Shown here: piece by piece, positions 33,672 to 43,474 of the stretch | How positions within the stretch are numbered: the stretch's first letter is position 1 | Layout of the letters: each line of letters opens with the position of its first letter | DNA from: Macrostomum lignano | Taxonomy: Eukaryota | NCBI GenBank assembly: GCA_002269645.1 | Contig: NIVC01003663.1 | Coordinates: 1 to 43,474 of the forward strand | DNA length: 43,474 nucleotides | Direction: 5' to 3' | Made by a program: the position numbers and the translations under genes | The notes under the pieces: model-generated | Seen by the model: only the letters and a program-made list of their open reading frames with translations | Databases searched by the model: none | What the model was told of the DNA's origin: nothing

Positions 33672-36600
33672 CGATGAGTAGTTGAGAGAATTGCTCCTCA
33701 TCTGAGGCAGCCTCCTGCTCAACAATTGTATCCTTTGGCAGCCCGTCAACATACAGAATGTAGGAGCTTGGCATTCTTTAGATTGGGCGAGTTGGCGTTG
33801 GTTACAGTGAGTTAGTCTTAAATTGTAGCATTCTGTGAAGAGTTTCCCCACTTGCAATATGGGTTCCTATTTTCGTTTTTTTCTATAGCCGTCCTGCATC
33901 TACATTGGACGGTAGGCTGGCTGTTCGAGAATTCCCGAGGCTTAATAAACTAGTTAACTTTTTCAAAATTGTTTTTGAAGATTAGGAGCGTTCTTCCTAA
34001 TGCGAAAGAGTACCATTTTCTGTCAAGAGGTGGAGAGCACACTGGTCATGAGGAGGAGAGCACACTGTTTGGTCATGAGGAGGAGATCACACTGTTTGGT
34101 CATGAGGAGGAGATCACACTGTTTGGTCATGAGGAGGAGATCACACTGTTTGGTCATGAGGAGGAGATCACACTGTTTGGTCATGAGGAGGAGATCACGC
34201 TGTTTGGTCATGAGAAGGAGATCACACTGTTTGGTCATGAGGAGGAGATCACACTGTTTGGTCATGAGGAGGAGATCACACTGTTTGGTCATGAGGAGGA
34301 GATCACACTGTTTGGTCATGAGGAGGAGATCACACTGTTTGGTCATGAGGAGGAGATCACACTGTTTGGTCATGAGAAGGAGATCACACTGTTTGGTCAT
34401 GAGGAGGAGATCACACTGTTTGGTCATGAGGAGGAGATCACACTGTTTGGTCATGAGGAGGAGATCACACTGTTTGGTCATGAGGAGGAGATCACACTGT
34501 TTGGTCATGAGGAGGAGATCACACTGTTTGGTCATGAGGAGGAGAGTACACTGTTTGGTCATGAGGAGGAGATCACACTGTTTGGTCATGAGGAGGAGAT
34601 CACACTGTTTGGTCATGAGAAGGAGATCACACTGTTTGGTCATGAGGAGGAGATCACACTGTTTGGTCATGAGGAGGAGATCACACTGTTTGGTCATGAG
34701 GAGGAGATCACACTGTTTGGTCATGAGGAGGAGATCACACTGTTTGGTCATGAGGAGGAGATCACACTGTTTGGTCATGAGAAGGAGATCACACTGTTTT
34801 GGTCATGAGGAGGAGATCACACTGTTTGGTCATGAGGAGGAGATCACACTGTTTGGTCATGAGGAGGAGATCACACTGTTTGGTCATGAGGAGGAGATCA
34901 CACTGTTTGGTCATGAGGAGGAGATCACACTGTTTGGTCATGAGGAGGAGAGTACACTGTTTGGTCATGAGGAGGAGAGCACACTGTTTGGTCATGAGGA
35001 GGAGAGCACACTGTTTGGTCATGAGGAGGAGAGCACGCTGTTTGGTCAATAGGTGGACGCGTGTGCCATTGTGACTGATGTGTTAAGGGATCTGACCTAG
35101 AGTTTAATTTTGTCTATAACTCCAACTAATCTTGATACAACTAGCTGTCTCTGTACACAGAAAGCTGCAATTGGCAATCTGAAATTTACTTGCTAATGGA
35201 AACCGAGTGCCATCCGGTATCGAACTGGTAGAGCTGACGCCTCGACTGGACCACCTGACCGTCGCTGAACTCTACCGACAGGTGTCCGGAAAAGCGATCA
35301 ACGGTCAGGTGCAAATACCGGTCTCCATAGGAGCCCAGACCGGGCCCTCCGAGCAGCAGAAGAGTGGCCAATCTCGACGCGATACCATCAAAATTGGACG
35401 CCAGTTTTGCGTAGAAATGAACTCGGAATGACAATGAGAAATTTGATGTGCTCAAACTGGAACAAATCATATATATTAAATGGCTAAGGTGCATTTAGAG
35501 TCGAACATAAAATAGACTGTCAATTAGCTACAAAAGGCAGTTCACACGAATCAGCTTCCGTAATAAGAGGTCCCAAACCGTCTAATGATTAAGTTCTTCA
35601 TAAGTCGCAGGTGCGAGTTTTACAATGACGCGGTGAGAGAAACATGAAGCTTAAAAAAGAGGCTCTTCTACACTCAAAGGAGCAGCGCATATGGTTTTGC
35701 ACAATGGCTGACAGAAAGACGGCTGTTGTTAATAGTTAGAAAAAATGTAGCTAGCTATTATAGAATGGACGGCTTAAAACTTCCTTAAATAAAGTAAGAT
35801 TCTTGACTCTGCATTTGACTCAGCTCTGCTGCTGACAATGCAAACATGAGCACGTCGTATGGCGTTTTGTCTATTTTTTTAAATAGGCACACCAACTATT
35901 TTGTACTAAGCGTGTGTAGGTTGTGTGTAGATTGCTTCGCGCAGAAGTGGATCAAGACTTTGTGTTTAGTTCAGCATCATCCAGTGTCTCTCCATGCTGC
36001 TTTGTCATCCAGTTTCAAGCCCTGTTGTTGTTGAGTTAGCATCATAGCCAGCAAGGTGGCAAGCAGTCATGCCTATTCGGTTGTCCCTGAACACACACAG
36101 GAGCATATTACCCTTCCCAGGAGCATATTACCCTTCCCAGGAGCATATTACCCTTCCCAGGAGCATATTACCCTTCCCAGGAGCATATTACCTTTCCCAG
36201 GAGCATATTACCCTTCCCAGGAGCACACACATACGCTCACACGCACTGCAACATTTATTTGTTGATCTGGGGCTCTGTCTAGAAGGGTTTAATTTGTTGC
36301 TGCTCATAATTTTTCTGAATGTTTCTCGTGCTGCCAGTACAATTTTTTTCACTGCTTTTTCCGTTCGTCATTTGCAGTTGTTTCTCTTGCATCCTTCATA
36401 GTGCATCATTTTGTATTTTACAAAATCCTGAATCCCGATCTAGAATGGAACTCACCTGTTCATTAGCGCTGGACTCTTGTACAACAGGTAGCCTCGACCT
36501 CGAAATCTCGGCGCACTGATGTGGCGCTTGTCTCGGTCTGGGCGGAATGATGTGAGATCGAGTTCTTTTTCGACAAGTGCTCGAGTTCAATTATTTGTTT

Positions 36601-37876
36601 CAAACATTCGAAAGGTGCTCTCAGTTTTACTTAATCAGGCCTCACGAGAACGCGAGATTGCGTGTCATTATGTGGCGGTTCGATCTCTTTTAAGAACCCG
36701 GAAGCTAAAAGGACCGAGAAATCTCCTTGATTCGTTTCACTTTCCATTGCTTAGGGGAAGAAAAAGAAAATAGGGCGTCTGTAGGTCTGCAGTCGGTGGC
36801 CACTGCCCTGGTTTGTCGACTCAAGAAAGCAATTTGTAAACTAACCACTGGTAGAAACAACCTTCGAAAAGTAACTGGGGGTCACCAATGTGGAAAAAGT
36901 GACTGAGCGCCCATTCGAATGCCGTTTTATTCAAACAGGTCTGTCTTCGACTACTGCTCACATGATTTTTGATGGGATGCAACCCTTCCTAGGGTTTCCC
37001 AGAGATGACCCCAGTACTTCCTCAGATATTACTTTCCTGACATTCTCCTCTTGAGATTGCCATTAGCGATTCTGCGATTTCTCCTTGCAATTCTTGGCGA
37101 GATTTACTCCGAGATTCCCCAGATACTAATCTCGCGATTCGTCGAGATTGACATCCTCCCCTGAATTGTACTTAAATTTCTCTGAGATGCTTCCTGAGAT
37201 TTCCCACGAGATTTTCCCCAGATCCCTCAAGAAGAATTCTGAGATTTCCCATGAGATTTCCCATGAGATTTCCCATAAGATTTGCCTGAGATTTGCCTGA
37301 GATTTGTCTGAGATTTCCCTGAGATTTCCCTGAGATTTTCCTGAGATTTCCCATAAAAGTTCCCTGAGATTTCCCATGAGATTTCTCTGAGATTTCCTGA
37401 GATACTTCGTGGGATTTCCTACGAGATTTCCCCGAGATTCCGACCCGAGATGCCTTCCGAGATTTCCTATCAGCTTTCCCCCGAGATGCTTTTTAAAATT
37501 CCCAATGAGATCTCCCCAGGATTCTTCTTGAGATTCCCCTTGAAATTCCCGATTATTCCCGAGATGCTCCCTGAGATATCACTGAGATTCCACATAAGAT
37601 TCCCACGAGCCCAGCTCAGCGCAGGCCAGCTATCCCAACATATCCCACACCCGACACCTTCCCGAACTCACGTATCTGACATCGGTCGCCGCTGAAGCCC
37701 AATCGGCACATGCAGGTGTACCCGATGCCGTCTCCGCCTTCGTCCGGCACGCACTCGCCCCCCGGTCCGCAGGCGTCTCTCTCGTCCGAGCAGGTGTGAT
37801 TCCTGCACTGGCGCAGGTTCATGGCCAGTTTGACGTCCTGGGGAAATTCCACCTGGCCCAGCTGGCCGAGAGAAAT
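33672..37876 (-). CDS. Partial LamG-EGF-LamG extracellular protein (agrin/EYS/pikachurin-like architecture), 4 internal exons
   Basis: Exons 37672-37876 (NLRQC + EGF C..DACGPGGEC..YTCMCRLGFSGDRC), 36456-36537 (APRFRGRGYL), 35190-35456 (FSLSFR..DTGWHSVSIS) and 33672-33775 (SYILYVDG..LLIG). Phases 1, 2, 2 all match. The first exon's acceptor and both gene ends are unresolved. Confidence 0.85.
34032..35048. repeat. 27-bp minisatellite (GGTCATGAGGAGGAGATCACACTGTTT), about 37 copies, intronic
   Basis: Read directly; lies inside LamG intron 33776-35189. Confidence 0.98.
36098..36225. repeat. 20-bp minisatellite (CAGGAGCATATTACCCTTCC), about 6 copies, intronic
   Basis: Read directly. Confidence 0.95.
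37050..37600. repeat. Degenerate 10-12-bp repeat (GAGATTTCCCT-like) filling a LamG intron
   Basis: Read directly. Confidence 0.85.
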
Positions 37877-38007
37877 CTGGACACGGGTTGGGGCGCGTTT
37901 CCCAATGTCCACTCGGATTTAATCCCTGCTCTTTCAGTTTTAGCTCTACTCAAATTTGAGTAGGAACATCCATAGATTTATCAATGGCATCAACGGCTGT
38001 GGTCTTT

Positions 38008-38250
38008 CTGTGAGGAATTCCCTACGGAAACTGTAGTCTTACTGTGAGGAATTCCCTACGGAAACTGTAGTCTTACTGTGAGGAATTCCCTACGGAAACT
38101 GTAGTCTTACTGTGGGGAATTCCCCACGGAAACTGTAGTCTTACTGTGGGGAATTCCCTACGGAAGCTGTAGTCTTACTATGGGGAATTCCCTACGGAAA
38201 CTGTAGTCTTACTGTGGGGAATTCCCTACGGAAATTGTAGACTGTAGTCT
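38008..38250. repeat. 34-bp minisatellite (CTGTG(A/G)GGAATTCCCTACGGAAACTGTAGTCTTA), about 7 copies
   Basis: Read directly; each unit has a GGAATTCC palindromic core. Confidence 0.95.
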
Positions 38251-39183
38251 TCCTTAGGGTACAAACTAATAAATAGTAGAAATTCCCCAGCGAAACTCTG
38301 ATAATTTCTTAAGGACGATAGTTTGGTAGCAAACGTTCAACTTTAGAAGGAGAAAACTAAATGCAAACGGAAGGCGCACGCGCTCCCGTCACAATGCATC
38401 AGAGCTACCAGCTCAAACCGTTATAAAAAGCAAATTAATAAACTGGAATAGCTGCTGCTATACAAATAACTCCAAATCTAATTTTGCCCAGCAAAGACAT
38501 TCAATTAGAAGGAATGTGTCAGAGCCTGGCATGAGAGGAAGTTGGCGTCCATCTTCCTACATCCATTCTCCAGCTTCGAATTTGAGCCCCCGGTCCCTTC
38601 TAGCCGCTTCGTACCGCCGAGCTGGTCTATAATGCGATTTCTGGAGACCAATCGCTTTCAATTTATTTTCCTTCTGTTTGACAGTCTGCGCGAGTTGTGT
38701 GCTCAGATTCTGCTCAAATCCTACCGATTCCGGCTCGGGAGCCGGCAACTCCCGCGGCCGGGGGTCCGAAAATCCCCCAACCCTCCAGCTCGGAGGTACT
38801 TCTCTCCGCGAACCCCGCGGTTACTACCCTAAGTGGGGCTAATTCGACTCCCACTGTGTGGAGATTCTGGTTGACGACAACCACGTACCGCGACAGTGGG
38901 CTAACGCGGTGGTCCGCAAGAGGCAGCCAGCAGGACCGCACGCTTACCCCCCAGGACCCGCGCTCTAAGCAGGGGACAGCCGGCTCCTATGCCTGGCTGC
39001 TGAGCCCTCTCCATAAAATCTGCGTCTGCCCCTCGCTGAGTCCCCAGATGGAAAGTGCTGTAGCCCTCGTTGACGACTTCCTCTTAACGACTTCATCTCA
39101 TGTTGAGGTCTCAGTCAGATGTCGCCAACGGCAATCTCATCCTCGCTCTTCAAAAGTGAGGTCCATTCTGAGCACTGCCTCTA

Positions 39184-39586
39184 GCCAACCTGCCCAGCAT
39201 CTGGAGTACCTCCACGGCACAGCTCTCCGGAGCTGGTCGTTGAGAAGGCCCGTCCTCCGCCTCCATGTAAGAGGTATAGGGCCTTCTATTCCGGGCACAG
39301 GACGATCGAGGAGATCCGTGGTCGTCTTGTCGCCAAGCACCCCGAGTTGCCTGCGGACGGCCTCCGGGCCTACAAGGAGGTGCCGGCCAAGGACGGCAAC
39401 GGGAAGACCCTCTACATGGGCCTCTCCGCTGATTGGGAGCGCCACATGCAAGGCAAAGACCACGCCGCCTACGTTGGGGCATGGAAGTTAGTCTTCCACC
39501 TCATCCCTAGGAAGAAGCGCAACGCCGGCGGTGAGCAGCGCCGAGACGATCCCGAGAGCCCGGATAGCTCTGAGGGCGAGACTTAA
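39184..39586 (+). pseudogene. LINE ORF1 C-terminal part (DUF4780-like); upstream part broken by indels and stops
   Basis: [59 protein letters not shown] resembles, by eye, the ORF1 domain of LOA/R1-type elements. It stops 18 nt before the ORF2 ATG. Confidence 0.55.
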
Positions 39587-39603
39587 GCTGTTCTCGACCC
39601 GCC

Positions 39604-42600
39604 ATGCCCAGATCTTCGATGATGAGGCGTGACCGTCTGAGGACCAACCCGGCGGGTGGGTCCAATGATGATTTAACCACACTCACGCAAAACAGTGATC
39701 CTAACCTGCACATCGTGCAGATTAATCTGCACCACGCGGTCGCAGCCTCCAGCAGCCTCACCGACACCCTCGATGGCACCGGTGTTGACATCTACCTCAT
39801 CCAGGAGCCTTACACCGTGAGAGGTAAGCCCACCCTGCTGCCGAAAGGCTATCAGATCCTCTTCCTCTCTGGAGGGGAAACCCCTAGGGCCATTGCTCTG
39901 GTCAAGTACGAGCTCGCAGCCATGCTCATGCCGATGTTTTGCAATAAAGACATCTGTACCTTCACCGTGAACGGGATGATTTTCTCATCCGTGTACATGG
40001 ACATTCAGGATGAACTTCCGTCACCCCTCCTGCAGGATCTCGCAAACTTTTGTATCATCGAGAACCGGAACCTCATTATTGGTTGCGACGCTAATGCTCA
40101 CAACACTGCGTGGGCTAGCAGTAACACTAACCTCAGAGGTAGTATGCTTATTGATTTCATTAACACCTCGAATTTGCATATTTGCAACTTGGGGCGTAAA
40201 CCCACCTTTGCGAATGCTAGCAGGAAAGAGGTCATTGATCTCACCCTTGCGTCCAGTAGCATCCTTAATCGGATTCAAAATTGGAGGGTCAGAGACGACA
40301 TCCCCTCGCTCTCGGACCATTTCTACATCCATTTCAGCGTCACAGCTGGCGGCGCTCGCGTCACCAAGGCGAACCGTCCCAATTTAAAAAGGGCGGACTG
40401 GACTGGCTTCAGAAGGGACCTTGAGTCTCTGATCAGCAGAGAACCGGCCGATGACCTGGAAGGCTGCGATGATATTCCGAGCATTGAAGCACGCTGCAAC
40501 AAACTTGTCGAGCTGCTTAATGCGGCCACGATCAAGAACGCTCCTCCGATTGTCAGTAGAAAGAAGTACTCACCTTGGTGGAACAAGGAGCTCACCCGCT
40601 TAAAAAAGGCCTCCCGTCGGCTGCATCGGATTGCCAACCGGAACAACACCCAGAAGACTGGGAGAACTACCACTCTGCTTTGAGAATCTACAAGAGTTGC
40701 ATCCGGAAGGCCAAAAAGGACACCTGGAAGGCCTTCTGCGCCGGTTTAGAGGGCCAGCATCCTACTGCCCGGCTGGTCAAGTCCCTCAGGCATGACAACC
40801 TCGCCCAGTGTAACTCCCTCCTCCATTTGGATGGCAACTATTCCAGAACCGCCGAGGAATCCCTCAATCTGCTTTTCTCAGCTTGTTTCCCCACATGCGA
40901 GCATCCTGAGCAAATCGTTGCTGATCACAACCCAAGAGATCGACAGCTTTTCGAGCAGTGCGCCACCAAGAGCTTAATTCAGCTGGCCGTCAACACTTTT
41001 AAGCCTTTCAAAGCCCCCGGCATTGACAATATCGCCCCCTGTGTTCTCCAGGAAGCGGTTAAGCTGCAGAGCTTCTCTGCCTTTTTCTCTAAGCTCATCA
41101 TTGACTGTTTCACCACTGGGTACATTCCCACTATCTGGAGGACCGCTCGGGTGGTCTTCATCCCCAAGCCTGCCAAAGGCGACTATACTAATGTGAAATC
41201 TTTCCGCCCCATCAGCCTTACATCCTTCTGCATTAAGCTGATGGAGAGACTCATCTTGTGGAGGCTGCGCGACTGCGAGTTAAGGACGGCACCCATAAGT
41301 AAGCACCAATTCGCCTTCCAGCCAGGTAAAACCACCGAGCACGCTTTGCATGTTATTACCTCAGCCATTGAGAAAGCTATCCTGAGTAAGCAGATTGCCT
41401 GTGGGCTTTTCTGCGATATCGACGGGGCCTTCAATAACGTTTTGTTTGGCTCCTTCAGTGACTCCCTTTTGCAGAAAAAGGTCCGACCCAGCATTGTGCG
41501 TTGGATCGACTTTATGATCCGGAACAGGAAGGTGACTTCCTCCCTCATGGATGCCACCTGCACTCACACGGTTACTAAGGGCGGAGCCCAAGGTGGAGTG
41601 CTCACCCCGCTGCTCTGGAATCTCGTGATGGACGAGCTCCTGACGGCTGACGTCCCCAGCAGCATAGTCAAGGCTGGCTACGCTGATGATGTCGCTGCTA
41701 TTGTCAGTGGCCCTGACACCAGTACCCTCCGAAGCTTAATGCAGCAGTTCGCCGATAAGGCGCAAGCCTGGGCTACCCGGCACGGCCTAACCATTAGCAC
41801 CGCTAAGACGGTGTCCATTATCTTCACCAGGAAGCGGAAGTGGAGCATGCGGAACCTCACCATCTACGGTAAGGACATACCCTTAGTCAAGGAAACTAAG
41901 TATCTAGGTGTGACGCTCACCCACGATCTGCGTTGGACCAAGCACGCTGACAATGTCATCGGGCGCGCCAGGCGCTGCTTTGCGCAGGTGAGGAGAGCCA
42001 TCGGGCCTACTTGGGGTCTTTCTCCCAAGACGGTCAGATGGATTTACACCGGCATCGTTCGGCCCAGTATCACCTACGCGTGTGTTATCTGGTCCAGTGC
42101 GTTGGAGTTGAAGACTGTACGGGATCGGTTGTACCAGCTGCAGGGTAACATCTGCCGAGCCATCACCGGTGCGTATCCATCCACCCCTTACGAGGGGCTC
42201 AACACCATCCTCAGCATGCCTCCGCTGCATTTGTTCATTAGAGCTGAGGCGATGAAGGGCGCCGCGCGTCTCATCTGTGATAAATTTATTGCTAACACGC
42301 CCTCGGGCTTCATGCCTGAGAAGACTCTTTTCCCACATCTGGACTATATCCGTCGCGATCTTCAACGCATCCACCTCAATTTAGACGAGGTGGACTGCAG
42401 ATCCCCCACTCTCATCCTCAGGAGGGGCTTCAAGTGTACTCTTCCACCGAGAGGGAGTCACCCGCTAGACGTGGGCATCAACCGGAGAAGCCAGGGTATT
42501 CACTGCTTCACTGACGGATCCCTGCGTGACGGTCTCGCTGGTGCAGGCATTGCCATTTTCCACAAGGGTGAAGCGATCTTACAAGAGAGTCTTCATCTTG

Positions 42601-43432
42601 GTGAGAATGTCTCGGTTTTTCAATCCGAAGTTGTAGCTATCAACCAGTGCGCTGAGCATTTGCACAAAGCTGGCATCAGCAGCTTTGACATTTATTTTTA
42701 CTCTGACAGCCAGGCCGCTATTAAGGCCTTGTCTTCTATCAAGCTCTCAACCAAGTCAGTCTCAGACTGCCTCAAAAGCTTGCAGACCCTAGCGATTCTC
42801 AACAGGATCAATGTTATCTGGACACCAGGCCATAGCAACATCCTCGGCAACGAGCTTGTGGATCAGCTTGCCAAGCGGGGTTGCACCCCTGATGGAGCGC
42901 AACGCTCAGTCAAGTTACCTTCTCCGAAGTCATCAATCAACCGCGCCATTCAAGATTGGCTGAACCGCCAGCATCAGACTCACTGGGACAGCTGCTCCGA
43001 ATACCGGCAAGCACGAAAGCTATGCCTGCCATTAACCGGAAAGTATCCGAATATCTAATCTCCTTAAGTAAAACTGACCTGAGGGAGATGTGCATGGTCA
43101 TTACTGGCCATGGCTTCTTCCAGAGACATATTTCACTGCAAAGTGGCTGCTCCCCTATCTGCCCATTCTGTGATTTAGAGGAGGAAACCTCGACGCACCA
43201 CGTCACTTTCTGCCCGCACTTCAACGAGGCGCGGAGGCGTCACCTCGGTCACCCGCTAAGGCTTGACGAGCTCACCACTCCGGACCGTATCCGTGATCTA
43301 CGTGCATTCGTTCGGGATTCTGGGCGGATGAAAATCGCAGACGCCACTCTCGCGAGCTCTTCTGCCGGCGAGGGTGGGCGCAGCCCAAGGCTAACGCCTT
43401 TCTGTTTCTGTTTAGCTTGGGGTTGCGATAGG
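39604..43432 (+). CDS. LINE ORF2 (APE endonuclease, RT, RNase H, C-terminal Cys/His finger), with two 1-nt frameshifts
   Basis: APE: QINLHH, LIQEP, GCDANAH, IDLTL, SDHFYI. RT: KAPGID, FRPISL, DIDGAF, QGGVLTP, YADD, KYLGV. RNase H: [36 protein letters not shown]. The third frame continues TGHGFF..CPFC..E..HHVTFC to TAG 43430-32. Shifts at about 40650 and about 43035. Confidence 0.95.
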
Positions 43433-43474
43433 GGCCTCGCGGCCTGTTCGCGGCGCTCTGCCCCCGTCGGTAGG

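Larger units (their letters stand above)
38500..43474 (+). mobile_element. Non-LTR retrotransposon of the LOA/I group (ORF1 + APE-RT-RNase H-Zn finger)
   Basis: See the ORF1 and ORF2 entries. The 5' boundary is approximate and the 3' end runs off the window. Confidence 0.95.

Noticed and set aside
33969-35074. Long repetitive ORFs (GHEEEITLF)n, (MRRRSHCLV)n and (MTKQCDLLL)n
   Set aside because: A stop-free 27-bp unit opens several frames automatically; the array lies in an intron of the opposite-strand LamG gene and has a frame-breaking indel.
38745-38855. Possible HDV-like ribozyme in the LINE 5' region (TTC-TCTCCGC-GAA-CCCCGC-GG...GCTAA)
   Set aside because: P3/L3 and J4/2-like pieces are present, but P2 does not pair and P1 is only 5 bp. 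An Infernal or RNArobo HDV search would settle it.

Overview
This is metazoan nuclear DNA, not prokaryotic. It has GT-AG introns, four retrotransposon classes and many minisatellites. Repeat-packed introns and expanded lectin/TRP-like genes suggest a free-living flatworm such as Macrostomum; that assignment is inference only. Mobile elements: a decayed Ty3/Gypsy pol fragment (1-620); a complete, very young BEL/Pao LTR element (1850-8245; identical 256-bp LTRs, CTCTC TSD, tRNA-Lys-type PBS, one frameshift); tRNA-derived SINE remnants; a decayed Penelope-like element with two hammerhead ribozyme motifs (about 11040-13550); a truncated Penelope-like GIY-YIG fragment with a 151-bp perfect inverted repeat; and a nearly full LOA/I-group LINE (APE-RT-RNase H) running to the window end. 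Host genes built by hand from splice signals: a secreted F-type lectin + PAN protein, UTP3/SAS10, a diverged NAXD-like protein, a PAN + C-type lectin ORF abutting it antisense, a 6-TM TRP-like channel and part of a LamG-EGF-LamG gene. The best candidate for new biology is the minus-strand NAXD-like -> UTP3 pair. The NAXD homologue appears to keep ATP-binding motifs but has lost NADHX-binding residues. UTP3 begins at a strong acceptor in frame with a flatworm spliced-leader AUG, about 185 nt after an AATAAA, as expected of a trans-spliced operon. All alignments were done by eye; no database search was run.
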